64,000 nt of DNA from Callorhinchus milii. Taxonomy: Eukaryota. This document shows positions 37,836 through 50,846 of this stretch, piece by piece. The stretch is taken from the NCBI RefSeq assembly GCF_018977255.1, contig NW_024704742.1, positions 136,030,001-136,094,000 on the forward strand, read 5' to 3'. A program made the translations under genes and the position numbers. Each line of letters begins with the position of its first letter. Position 1 is the first letter of the stretch. A model generated the notes under the pieces. That model did no database searches. It worked only from the letters and a program-made list of their open reading frames with translations, and was not told the DNA's origin.

Positions 37836-40794
37836 AACATTTGCGTTTTTAAAGTGTTTCCTCGCATCACAAAGTGCTTCACAGATAATTTCATCGAGTT
37901 GGGTATCTGTGACCAAATGCGGGCAGCCCTCTCCTACATGAAGTACCCGAGAACAAACAAATTGCTCCCTCCCTTGACTGATGGCTGTTTATGGAACATT
38001 ACTTTGCCCAAATTGGTCACCTACAAATACATAGTCGCTGCACTTTACAGCAAAATGAAGTACTTCGAGATGTTTTAATGTGATAAGCCACTATATCAAA
38101 CGAGAGGATTAGTTTTTTATGATGATAAAACTCTTTCTATTGTCTTCGTAGAATCCCGTGAAACCTTGGAGGGCGTCCAACACCAATTCACTAGATTAAT
38201 TCCTGTGCTGAAGGGAATCAGCTATGACGAAAGGCTGATTAGAGTAGTTATATTCCTGGGTGCAGAGGAGCTTGAGGAGTGATGTGATTGTGGTATTTAA
38301 GATAATGAAAGGATTCCCTTCACGCCTGGCGCCTCCCTGCCTTTCTAACCTCCTTTCTCCCCAGTCCACTACCCGCTACCTCTGGCCTCCTGTCTGTCCC
38401 TCGCCCCCTACGCTCCACCATTTCAGCCCCTACCCCCGAAGCTCTGAAAATCTCTCCCTCAATCATTCCGCCTTGCCCCTTCTTCCTCAAGAACCAAGAC
38501 CGTCAGAACCGAGGTCAGGAAGTGTTTCGTCGCACAAAGGGTTGTGAATGTTCTGCCCCAGATAGCAGCAAAGGCAGAATCAATAGAAGTATTTAACAAA
38601 GGGATAGACAGCGGCTTGGGAAGCAGAGATATTACTAATAATAACCTTGCATTTGATATAGCGGCTTATCACGTCGTTGAGACATCTCAAAGCGCTTCAC
38701 AGAATATTGTGCGCAAAATGTATTAAGGATAAAATATCAAGGGGTTCTGAGCTTTTTTTGGAAAGCCTCACATTTGAATGTTTCTTCTCTGCGACAAACA
38801 AAACATTTGCTCAGCTCCCCCTGCCCGTAGATTGATTTTTCAAATGTTTATTATGCTGTAACGCCAAAATAAATGGGGCCGGTGAGATTGTTCAGGGAGA
38901 AGTAATGGTCGCTTCACAGGAGCCAACAAGGAGTGTCTGCTGCACAAGGGTTGACGTGAGCAATAACAGAAGCAAAAGAGTTTTGCTACGTGAATTCAAA
39001 ACTCAATACTGTGGGCAAAGTGTGCGCATTACAGTGAATAGCTTTGAGACATCTCAACGAGTTGATAACGTGGCGTATCAAATAACAACAATAATGATAA
39101 TAATCCTTGCATTTGATACAGCGTCTGATCAAGTCTTCGAGACGTCTCAAAGCAATTCACAGGATATACTGAAATGTGAATTGACTGTATATTTTGTGGG
39201 CAAAATGCTAGATTATTATCGTTGTATTATTATTGTACTGTACTCAATATTGCTGTCCTGCAGATCAGACATGAAATATCAGTGCCTGTTCGGGTAGGCA
39301 TTTTAACGTTCAAAACTACCATGGCACTATTCCAAAAAGGAAGGGAGTTTCTCTCGCTTGGTGTCCTGCTCATGATAAAATTTGTCATTCACTTCATGAC
39401 TGTTTGTAGGACGTTGCTGTACAAATGGCTCCCATTTTCCCTTACACACAGTCACTAGACTTTACCCTAAATCCCGTGAAGCACTTCGAAATGTCCTCCC
39501 GACGTGAAAGCTGTTGAACCAAATCATTATTATGAGTCGATTTTCGTATTGATCACGTAAGATTGGTTATCGAGTTAAATGTCTAACATTCTGCTTTCGT
39601 TTTTATTCCTCGTTCAAAAGGTTGTGGGTCACGTTCCCAGCGTTGGGGACTTTGAGCTCACAGTCCAGGCTGGCAATCCAGCACAGTACTGGGGGAAGAA
39701 TGTTGCAATGTCAGAGGCACCATTCTTTGGAAGATACTTTAAATCAAGGTCCCATCTACCTGTTCTTGTCTTTTCCAACAGTGCTGAAGGATCTCAACGC
39801 CACCTGAACAGGAAAACAGGGCCTCAATATAATGTCTCAGCCGAATAACGGCAATCCGAGCATTTGGTGCCCCTCAACTCCCGGCGCAACACTGGAGTGC
39901 TAAGCGCTCTGAGACGCCACCCTGCGTGGAGGGCGCTAGATAAGTGCAAGTTGTTGTTGTTGTTGAGTGTTAGCCTGCACCGTGAAATCAAAGTCCTGAA
40001 GTGGGGACAATAATAATAAGAATAATCCATGCGTTTGATAGAGTCGTTATCACGTTGTTCAGACGTCTGAAAGCGCTTCACAGCATATACCGTAAAGTGA
40101 ACTGACCGTGTATTTTGTGGGTGAAACGCTACAAACAAATGCCACGACTACTTTCCCGCCCGCGCCCGCGCCCACGTCCCCATTCTTAACTGTAAAAAGA
40201 TAACCGCTCGCTGGGAGACGCAGATCTGACAGGTTTGAAGCTCGTGTTACTGGCATCTCCGCTAAATTTCTGCGTTGCCAGCCGAACGCTGGGCTTTTGG
40301 TAGCGCGATGAAATTAATTTTCTCCCAATGGAATACATAGCAAATGGTTCCCGACGCGAAGGCTGGCACATCGCAGAGAGATGAGAGGGAACACTTCGAC
40401 ACATTACAAAATGACAGTGGTTTTGATCTTATTCAACACTCATTCTGATGCTGAGGTTGTACCTGCTGCATCTCCAAACTGCTCCATACCCATGAGACAC
40501 ACACCCGACGCAAGCTTGAAGGGAAAGTGGAACCATCTGTTTTTCTCTGTGTTAAAGAAGAGCCAGTTCATTCATAATATGACAGCCGCTTGTATTAATG
40601 TAGTGTCCTTCACTCCAGGGTAGAGTTCCCGGGCGCTCCACAGTCTGACAACGAGCCAGGGGGAGAGGGAGGGAAAAGGTGACCGCAAGCTCAATCAAAA
40701 AGAAAAGTCTTTAGGTGGGATTTGCAGGTGGAGGGGGCAAGGCGAAGGGATTGAGGGTGAGAGTTCCCTCAATAGCACTGAACCCTCAATAAAT

Positions 40795-41970
40795 CCTTAC
40801 ATTTGATACAGCGCCTTATCACGTCTTTGAGACGACTCAAAGAGCTTCACAGAATAAGTGAAGGATGAAGTCAGATGGATGGGGAGGGGGTCAGAATCAG
40901 ACTGGATAGGGAGGCAGGAAGGAGGCAGGGAGGGGAAAAACATTTTGATAGAACCCCTGAAGCGCGACACAGAATGTACTGTCGTGATTGTCGTATGTGG
41001 TGACTGGTTTTGTTGCCAAAATGGACTTGTGCATGTCCCACAAACAGCCATGGAGTCATAAAAAGGAGGCCATTCGGCCCATCGTGTCTGTGACAGCGTT
41101 TTGAAAAGAGCTATCCAAATCAATCCCACTCCCCCCTCTCTCCCCATAGCCCTGAAAACTTGTCCTCCCCAAATAATTAACTACGTCTCTCTTAAAAGTT
41201 GTTATTATTCAAGATCCTCATCCTCGCCTCGAATTCAAGATCCTCATCCTCGCCTACAAGGCCATTCACGGCCTTGCTCCCTCCTACCTCTCCGACCTAC
41301 TATCCCTGATCTACCTGCCCGTACCCTCCATTCCTCTGGCTCCGGTCTGCTCCACATCCCCCGCCCTAACCGCCCTACCATCGGTGGCCGGGCCTTCAGC
41401 CTCTCAGCCCCTAGGCTCTTGGACTCCATCCCCCAGTGCCTTCGCCGCCTCCTCCCTTTCCTCCTTCAAGGCCGGTCTCAAGACCTTCTCTTTGACCGTG
41501 CCTTCACCTCCCCTCTCGACTCTCAACCCCCTCCTCGCTCCCTCCCTTCCCTCCCCTCACCCTGACCAGTCCCCCCTGCTCGGGTCCCAACCCAACTGTA
41601 CAGCGCCTTGGGACGTCCTCCCGACGTGAAAGGCGCTCTATAAATGCAATCTTGTTGTTGTTGTTGTTGAATTCTCATCATGCAGGTTTTCAGGCATTCA
41701 TTGAAATTCCATCCAGAATGTAAAAACCCATGAAGTAAGCAAGTGACCAATTTTATTTGGGGGATTGTTGGTCATTGCACCAGGAGAGAGAAACTCCCTT
41801 ATCTTTTCCAATAGCATCACAGGATATTTAACATCCACCTGAGCAGTCAACAACAACAACAAATTACACTTGTATAGCGCCCTTCATGTCGGAAAGACAT
41901 CCCAGTCACAGACAAGTCCTTGGTTTAATGTCTAATCCAAAGGACTTCAACAATGCAGTGGTTCCCCCCA
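40795..41970 (-). mobile_element. DeuSINE (SINE B) host carrying nested CR1 tail (41057-41206 minus), L2 (41207-41668 plus) and an L2 tail (41850-41902 minus)
   Basis: Host sequence resumes after each insert; candidate duplications ccatg(g/a)agt (41048/41728) and cagtca (41844/41903). Confidence 0.8.
41207..41668 (+). mobile_element. L2-clade LINE 3' fragment (type a)
   Basis: [36 protein letters not shown]; intact terminal stem-loop and (GTT)n tail. Confidence 0.92.
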
Positions 41971-42015
41971 CAATCGATTGGTGTCTCTGTAAAATGTTCT
42001 GAGATGTGACTGTGC

Positions 42016-42275
42016 TTTTTTTGGGGGGTCGGCCGGGTGTCTGACACATGCGGAAACCCATCACCGTGCTTAAGAGTATCCAAACCAAACACCGACACAT
42101 GGAAATAGATTGTCGGAATGGAATGCGCTCTCTCTCTCCCTGGAGGGACACATCCTGATTACCTAATTCCTGAAAGTATTAGGAGCAGGTTGGCAAGAGC
42201 CAAGGCTTGGGGACCCCAGAGTGTGTGTTGGGGTAAATGTTGGAGTCTAACCAACTAAAACCACTTAGCTTCATA
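42016..42275 (-). repeat. Family C copy (3' two-thirds)
   Basis: ggtcggccgggtgtctgacacatgcggaaacccatcaccgtgcttaagagtatccaaacc...ggagtctaaccaactaaaacc. Confidence 0.82.
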
Positions 42276-42551
42276 ACTGTACATGAACAATGCTCTATAA
42301 ACACAAGTTGTCATTGATTCCATAATAAGAGAGAGACAGAGTGGATATAATGAGGCGGAAAGCAATCAGATTTCAGAACGATTTGGATGCTTTAGGTGGT
42401 ATTTGGATTATGTGGCAGATCAGCAGGGATAAATGTAAAGTAATTAGCAGGACTGTGTGCTGGAAGAGGCCCAGAGAGAAGCTGATCAGGTCAGAGATCA
42501 GGAGCAATCAGGTTAGAGGTCAGGGTTTTCCGTTGAATGGGCTCCAAATTA

Positions 42552-43012
42552 GTTGGCCTGGCTCAGTTGGTAGCACTTGCCTCTGGCTCAGAAGGTTGGT
42601 TGGTTCAAGCCTGACGTCAGCAGTTTGAACTCAGTCGAGGCTAACACTCCAATATATTGCTGGGAGAAGCAAAGGTGCCGTCCTTCAGATGAAATGTTAA
42701 ATCAAGGTTCCATCCTGTCTGCCTGTTGAGGTGGACATTACAACAACAACTTGCATTTCACGCAAGGGAAGCATCCCGGAGAGCTTGACGTTAAAGACCC
42801 TATGGCACTATTGGAAAAGAGAAGGGAGTTTCTCTCTCTCCAGGATTCCTAGCCGACATTCCCCCAAATAAAATTGCTCATTCACTTCACGGCTGTTTGT
42901 GGGATATTGATGTGAGCATAATTGGCTCACCTACAAAAATTCACAGTCAAACACTCTACGGTCAATCTTATGAAGTACTATATCAAATGTAAGGATCATT
43001 ATTATTATTATT
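42552..43012 (+). mobile_element. SINE B (DeuSINE), full length, with a small L2-b tail insert (~42741-42786)
   Basis: tRNA-like head ggctcagttggtagcac...ggttcaagcc, Deu domain and (ATT)n tail; gac(a/g)tta duplicated around the insert. Confidence 0.87.
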
Positions 43013-43269
43013 GGCTGCCCTAAACTCTACAAAGCACTCAGATTGACAAGTTCAATAATCAATCGCTATTTACCCTTTTGTAACCCTTCATAATCTCGAG
43101 GATTTTTAATCATTCGAGATCAGACTTTACGTCTATCGGTCCCCCATTCTCTGGAAGCCCATCCCCAAGTCCCTCTGACTTGCTCCCTCTCAAACTTCAA
43201 CATCAAGGTCTGGCTCAAGACCTTCCTGACCTGATTGCGCTTTCAGTCATCTTTTCTCTCTCCATTTCC

Positions 43270-43650
43270 CCCATCTCCCAACAACACGTAGGCACAGTCG
43301 AATTGGAAGGTCTTCAGGCGCGACCTGAAAATGGGGCAGGAAGGGGCAAGGCAGAGGGACAGAGGAAGAGTGTTCCAGAGTTTCGGGGCGTAGTGGCTGA
43401 AAGTGCGGCCACTGATGGTAGAACATGCAGGGACGTGCAGGAGGCCGGAGTCAGTCGAGTGGAGGCAGTGCGTTGTGGGTTGGGGGGGTAAGCAGGTCGG
43501 AGAGGCAGAGAGATGCCAGAGCATGAAGGGATTTGAAAACAATTGTGAGGATCTTGAAATCAACTCGTTTGGTGATGGGAGGCCAGTCGAGCCTGGCTAG
43601 AACTGGTGTGATGGTGGGGGATGGAATTTAGCACAGGGGGAATATGTCAA
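43270..43650 (-). mobile_element. Old L2 3' fragment
   Basis: STISGRTFSHYAPKLWNTLPLSL...FRSRLKT remnant. Confidence 0.8.
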
Positions 43651-44469
43651 CTTCAGCTCTTGTGCCAATCTCCTTGGGACGCCATTCCAATATTAAAGTC
43701 ACTGTATAAATATAAGTTTATTTTGGGTTATAAAGTATCTCTATTGAGGTCAACCCCTTAACCTTCACAGCTCCGTTGAGAAAAGTCCCAAGTCTCTCCT
43801 CATATAAGTGAATCCAATTTCCCTCCCGCCCCCACTTCTTCCATCCCTGGTGACATCCTAATGAACCGAAGCTGGGATTTTTATATCCTTGCTTGTATAA
43901 TTGAGTAACAATTTACAGTTGCCACAGTTCTTTGTTAGGTGACCATCTGCCATAGCTCCTCCGAATCCCCGGAGTCTAAACTTTCCCTCAGGCAAGAGGC
44001 GACCCTTCCCATCCTCCTCGAAAAGACACGACCCTCCCCCAGGGCGATCTCCCTGGAGAAGCCTTCAGTGTCTAGGCTGATGCTCCAACACAGGGCTGGT
44101 GGTGGGGGGGGGGGGGGGGGCGGGGGAACACTAGGAGGTGCCATCATTCAAATGAGACATTGAATAGATCCCCGAAGGGAATTCGGGTTTAAGTGAACGT
44201 TTCAGGTTTCGTGGCACGACTGGAAAAGAGAAAGGAGTTTCTCCCGGAGTCTGACTTGAAATACAAATGTAATTTCATTGTTGTTGTTGCTGTCCCGGCC
44301 AACGATGTCTAAATGAATCATTTGCAGGAGTAAGGCAGGAAAGGGTATTACAGATAAACGAGACTTAAAGGATTTCTCTTTTAAAGATCCATCACAGACA
44401 CAATGGGCTAAATAGCGCCCATCAGGGTTGTAAAGTTGTAATGTTTTACAGTCTTGAGTTGGAAGTTGC

Positions 44470-44725
44470 AAACTACAGCACAGAAGGAGAACATTTGGTC
44501 CATTGGGTCTGTCCTGGTGCTCGCCCTACTTCTGGAGCTCTCTACTCTAATCCCATTCCCTTGGTCTCTCCCCCCATCATGTCTGTGCTGGTGCTCATGC
44601 CCCCCAGTGGAGCGCTCTAATCTTACCCCATTCCCTGCTCTCTCCCCATCGTGTCTGGGCTGGTGCTCTCTCCCCTCACCGGAGTTCTCTACTCCAACTC
44701 CAATCCACTCGCCCTCCCCTTTGTG
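44470..44725 (-). repeat. CR1-type 3' UTR with three tandem ~70-bp units (related units at 32010-32165 and 58405-58510)
   Basis: gtctg(t/g)gctggtgctc...ggagctctctactctaatcccattccctgctctctccccatc is repeated. Confidence 0.65.
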
Positions 44726-47700
44726 CCTGTGTTACACACGTGACCACTTTTGCCTGTGAAGTGTTTTATGACCTTCTAGAGTCTCTTTCAAAGGCAAGGA
44801 ATGTACTTTCAATCATCAGCTCATCTCAAAGTACATCTTTGCTGTGGAAAATAACCAAGTCCTTCTTACCTTTTCAGATACTGGTTAGGTGACCTATACG
44901 AGTCTTTGTGTGTGTGTGTTCCCCTCAAGACAAACGCTATCTATCACCGGCAATGAATCTGGAGAAATCTTCTGTCCCACGAGGAACAGCTTGAGGAGAA
45001 TGAGCCAGGCTCCTCCATTACCTATTGGCACTTCACGTGGAGTTAGACCATTCCCTCTCTTACCACAAAGGACACCGCGTATAAATTATACAGCAGAGTC
45101 ATTAAAGCTGTCAAGGATAAATCTTCCCGTTTTGCCACAGCTGTCAGGGTGGGAGAGGAGGGAGTGGGGAGGGGGGAAGAGGGATGTCACCTCCTCCCAG
45201 ATCGTCGCCACGGCGACTTCAAGTCGGCCGGTGGAGCGTGAAGGACCCCTCTCCCATCGCGGGGGGGGGGAAACAGAAGGACAGACGTCCAGTCTACTTG
45301 CCGAGTTCCTCCATCCCAGCAAGAGCAGCTCCCATCAGTAAAGGAAACGCATGCACCGTCAAGGATCTCAGTTAATGGGCCCAACACAAGACTTTGTGGG
45401 CACTTTGTGCTCACGGTCCAGGCTGACACTTCAGTGCTATACGAGGAGGTGGGGGGAGTACATGTTGCACAGAGGTGCTGTCCTTCAAATAAGATGTTTA
45501 AACCTACTTAAAGATTTGGCCACGCAACACCGCCCCAGGAGCCAGAACCGTGAGCTCAAACCCTATCTACTCAGCTCCATTTGATGCCGATGAGGGCTAT
45601 TTAGTCCTTTGTGTCTGTAATGGCTCTTTTAAAGAGCAATCCTTTTTGCCATTTACCTTCAATACCTTTACGTATTGGGTAGCGCCACAGAATCATGCGC
45701 AGTCAATCCATCTTACCGTATATCCTTTGAAGCGCTTTGAGACGCCTCGGCAATTATAATAATAATCCTTGCATTTGATACAGCGCCTTATCACGTCTTC
45801 GAGACGTCTCAAAGCGCTTCCCAGAACATACTCTGAAGTGATTTGACTGCCTATTTTGTGGGCAAAAGATAGCAGCCAATTGCGCACAGCAGGGTCAATT
45901 TTTTTTTTATTACCCCCGAAAAGTGCTCCACCAATCGACTAACAACCGGGTTCCTTTTCACTGCTGGGTAATTATTATTATCTTTATCATTCACCTGAAC
46001 AGTTTGCAGACACCCACAACCTTCCGAGAGGGGCTGGGAGAGACTGAGCCAAACCGAGAGGCTTTTCTTTTAAACAGCTGGCAACAGCGGACGCAGTCGT
46101 CAGTTGTCAAACGCCAAAGAAATCCACGAGACTCTGCCTTGTCCTTGCTCTGACTGTCTCACCGAGCGGCCCCGAGGGAGCGCAGCCTTTGCCATCATTA
46201 TTTAGGGATTTGTCCCGAAGAAGCGAAAAATATTTATAAATATTTATTTCCCATTCGAATATTCATAACCCTGGTCCCCTTTGCACCGCTCGCCTTTCAA
46301 ACACTCCAGCTGTACAGCCAGCCTGGCTCACTTGGTAGCGCAATTGCCTGTGGGTCAGAAGGTTACGGGTTCAAGCCCTCACGGTGGGCTTTTGAGCTCA
46401 CAGGCCAGGGAGAGTGGGAGGGAGGGAGAGATGGAGGGAAATAGATAATAATAATAATAATAATAATAATCCTCGCATTTTGATATAGCGTCTTATCACA
46501 TCTTCGAGACATCTCAAAGCGCTTCACAGGATATACTGCAAAGTGCATATTGTGTGGGTGAACCACGGCAGCCAATTGCACGCACCAGCGTCCCACAAAC
46601 AGTCGTGGATTGAGTGACCAAATTCTTATTATTTATTAAAGAAATATTTTTAAAAGGATTATTACCCCGGGAAAATCAATCGACTGAGAATCGGGTTCCT
46701 ACTTACTGCTAATAATAAAAATAATAATCCTTGCATTTGATATAGCGCTTTTCGCATCGGGAGGACGTCCCAAAGCGCTTCACAGAACACACCGTAAAGT
46801 GAATTGACTGTATATTTGTGGGCGAACGCGGCAGCCAATGGGAAAAATAGAGAGAGTGCGAGACAGACAGCGAGAAAGAGAGAGAGAGTGAACAAATACA
46901 GAGAGAAAACAAATAAGAGAGAGAGAAGGTGGTGATGGGGGGTGGGGCGGGTTAGGAAGAGTGTGACCTGTATTGTGGGGCCCTTTGCCTGTTTTGTTGA
47001 TGGACAATAGACTGGGATTCAAAACGATCCAATGTCAAAAGCTTTCAAGTCAAACAGTGAATCAGCCGACTGTGATTTGTCTGAGGGCAATCTAAAGATG
47101 GCACCCAGTCAGGGTCTCCCACAGCCTCCCCCTCCCCCCATACCCCCACACTCACACGCCACACACACCCCACACATGTACACACACACACACCCATCAG
47201 ACAGGCCTGAATGTCAGAGCCACGACATTAATGTCCGTCTGCTTTCACTGCGCCTGAATTCAGAAGTAACTCCTATCCCTCTCCATCTCTGCTGTTACTG
47301 AAGAGATCAATAAAGCCACCGGGCATTATCTCCTGCCTCCTGCCACCTCCACCCCCTCCCCGACACACACACACACATACATACATACACACACACACAG
47401 AGCAAAGCCCCCTCAGGCTATCTGCCCTGCTCTCAGCTCAACAGTTCACTCTCTTTTCTCATTCTTTCTCTCCAAACCTTAACAAACCTCCTCTGGTCGT
47501 GTTTCTCAGTTTGGTTTGGAGCCTAGTTAAGCTTGGTGATGGGTTTCCGCATGTGTCAGACGCCCGGCTGACCACGGGAAAGTCATACACTCAGGTGGAG
47601 ACAGAAACTGAGGCTATTTTCCCTGGAGCAGGGTTCCTGACCCACAACTAAATTATCACTCGTCTCCTGACGATTTGTGGGACATTGCTGTGCGTTTCAC

Positions 47701-49044
47701 CCACAAAATACACAGTCGATCCACTTTGCTTCACCCACAATACAGTCAAATCACTTTGCAGTATTTTCTGTGAAGCGCCTTGAGGCGTCTCAACAACGTG
47801 ATAAGGTGCTATATCAACGGCAAAGATTACTATCATTATTTCTCCATCTATTTGTTTTCTCCTTCCCACCGTTTCTTCTCCCTCTATTTGTTTTCTCATT
47901 CTCTCTATTTGTTTTCTCATTCTCTCTATTTCTTCTCTTGTTCCCCCGTTTTCCCTTTAAAAGGAAATTGGACGGATATTTGAAAAGGAATGTGTGTTGG
48001 GGGGGAGTGGGGCTGAGCTGTGACATTTGCACTCCGCATCGCAATTTAATAAATAATCTGATAATCCCTGCATTTGAAACAGAGTCTTTTCACGTCGAAA
48101 CCTCTCAAAGCACTTCATAGAGTTTTCGGCCTGTAAAGTGTAGTGACTGTGTATCTGTAGGCAAACATGGTAGTCAATCCATGATTGTTTGTGGGACACT
48201 GCTGTGTGCGATTGACTGCCTTGTTTCGCCCACAAAATAATACAGCCAATTCGCTTTATAATATATTCCGTGAAGCGCTTTGAGACGACTCGAAGACGTG
48301 ATAAGGCGCTACATCAAAAGCAAAGGATTATATTATTTGATTGTTATAATTTACATACAGTAATGTCCTACAGACAGGAGACTGTCCACCAGGACATTGA
48401 AACTTCCTTCTGTACTTGTGCACAATAATATGTAATCCGTGAATTTCACATGGATTTTAAAGATCGCTCGGCCCTATGAGTTTCACCCACAAAATGCACT
48501 GCGAAGCGCTTTCGAGACATCCCGCCGATGTGATAAGGAAATCACTCCTTCTCACATTCCTCCTGATTCGCAGGGCCGATAGGATGTGAATTAATGAGCG
48601 ACTTGGAGAGTTTAAACTGGGGGGGAAGCGAGAGTCTCTGTACGCAAACAATGAGCTGAGGTTTAATAATATAAGATGCTCCTGAGGCAAACACGACAGC
48701 CAGTCTGTGGCAGGAACATCATACGCACAACAATGAGAGGTTAAATTCATGGAAATCAGAAAAGAACAGGCTCTGATTCCTCCCCCAGCCCTAGCCCCTG
48801 GCGTTCAGTAATCCATGTTGGGGAGGGGAGAAAAAAAACAAGACACGACTCGCAGATAAGTGGTGTTTTAGCTGCTCTGTCACTATCCCCCCCTCTCCCC
48901 CAACCAACCACCCACCGTAACCTGACAGTCAGCTGGGCTGTTTGGCAGCTCGATTCAGTGCTTCTGTTTCAGTGTTTAACATAAATGAGGCCGTGTCCGA
49001 TCAATTTACTGACACCCCCCCAGGGCACACGGCTCAGCTGTGCC

Positions 49045-49765
49045 AGAGAGAGTGAGAGAAAGACAAGAGAGAGAGTGAGAGAGACAGACAGAGAGAGCAT
49101 GAGAGATGCGGAGAGTGAGAGAGACACAGAGAATGTGTGAGAGATACAGAGAGTGAGAGAGACACAGAGAGAGTGTGAGAGACACAGACAGAGTGAGAGA
49201 GAAAGATAGAAAGTGTGAGAGACACAGAGAGAGAATGAGAGACACAGCGAGAGTGCGCGAGACAGAGTGTGAGAGATACAGAGAGTGTGTGAGACACAGA
49301 GAGTGAGAGATACAGAGAGTGAGAGAGACACAGAGGGAGTGAGCGACACAGAGAGAATGAGGGTCACAGAGAGAGTGAGAGACACAGTGAGAGTGAGTGA
49401 GATACAGAGAGAGTGAGTGAGACACAGAGAGTGTGAGAGACACAGACAGAGTGAGAGAGACACAGAGAAAGTGTGAGAGACACCGAGAGAGAATGAGAGA
49501 CACAGAGAGAGAGTGAGAGATACAGAGAGATTATGAGATGGGAAAGAGACTGAGAGAATGAGACAAAAAGTGTGTTTGAGACAGAGCAAGAAAGGGTTAG
49601 ATAGAGCGAGGGAATTAGAGAGAGTGAGACAGAGTATTGAGACAGAGATAGTGTGTTTGACAGAGAGAAATAGAGCGTGTGAGAGACAGAGAATAAATAA
49701 GATGAGAGAGACAAAGATTGAGACAGGGTGCGTGAGTGAGTCAGTGAGAGTGAGACAGACAGATA
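49045..49765. repeat. Compound (GA/GT/CA) satellite, GAGAGACACAGAGAGTGT-like
   Basis: Seen directly; explains the S/L/C/H-rich ORFs. Confidence 0.93.
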
Positions 49766-50503
49766 TAATAATAATAATAATCCTTGCATTTGATATAGCG
49801 CTTTCCACATTTTCTAGACGTCTCAAAGCCCTTCACAGAAGCTTGAAAGACAAAGCAAGAGAAACAGAGAAAGAGAGAGCACAGAGAAAGAGAGAGCAGG
49901 CCAATGAGAGAACGACAGAGGGAGAGAGAGAACGAGAGAATGTGAGACAGAATCTAAGAAATAGCGAGAATGAGAGCGATCCTTGCATTTGATATAGCGT
50001 CTTATCGCGTTGTCAAGCCATTCAAAGCGCTTCACAGGATATATTGTAGAGTGAATTGACTGCATTTTGTGGGTGAAAGTGGCAGCTAATTGTCCCACAG
50101 AACAGTAAAGGAGTGAGCGACCAATTTAATCTGGGGGATTGTTGACCAGGAGAGAGAAACTACCTTCTCTTTTCAAATAATGCCATCTTTATCTTTAACA
50201 TCCACCTGAACAGCTATACAGGACCCTGGTTTAACACCTCATCCAAAGGACGGCACCTCTGACCATGCAAACCTCCCCCCCCCCACAGCACAGCATGCGA
50301 ATGTCAGCTTAGACGATGTGATTCCACATTCCCACAACTTTCTGACTCAGACAGCTACGATTGAGCCAGGTTGACGCAAGAGAAAGTGAGACAGCAAGGA
50401 AGACCAAGCAAGCAAGAGTGAGAGAGAGAGAGAGAGACATCCACACACACACACAAACACACACAGCCTGAGAGATGCCAAGAGTGAGAGATAGAGAGAA
50501 TAA

Positions 50504-50846
50504 CAAGGATTCTTCCCACTCAGCTCGTGTTAACCCTGCAAGCCAAAGGCTTAAAGGGTGCTTATGATTGTACCATCTTCCTGGCAGTGCTTTCAATGGC
50601 AAGCTGTACAATTTTAACCTGATTGAACTCCACCAGTTACCCCAACGCACGCTCTGGGGTCCCCAAACCTCAGCTCTCTCTCTCTCTCTCTCGCTCCAAC
50701 CTGCGCCTAATACCCTAAGGGTTTAGATAATTTCCACATGGAAATTTTCACGTGTAGGTGGTATGTACGGAGCTCTCAGTCTAGTTTACTACTCTTAAGC
50801 ATCGTGATGGGTTTCTGCTCCTGTCAGACACTTAGCAGAAAAAAAC
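50504..50846 (+). repeat. Family C copy with both ends present
   Basis: Starts caaggattcttcccactcagctc; ends gtgatgggtttctgctcctgtcagacacttagcagaaaaaaaca. Confidence 0.8.

Noticed and set aside
44800..44840. Hammerhead-like CTGATGA-TT-GAAA on the minus strand
   Set aside because: Only 2 nt are available for stem II and there is no stem I; it is more likely a decayed retroposon tail hairpin.
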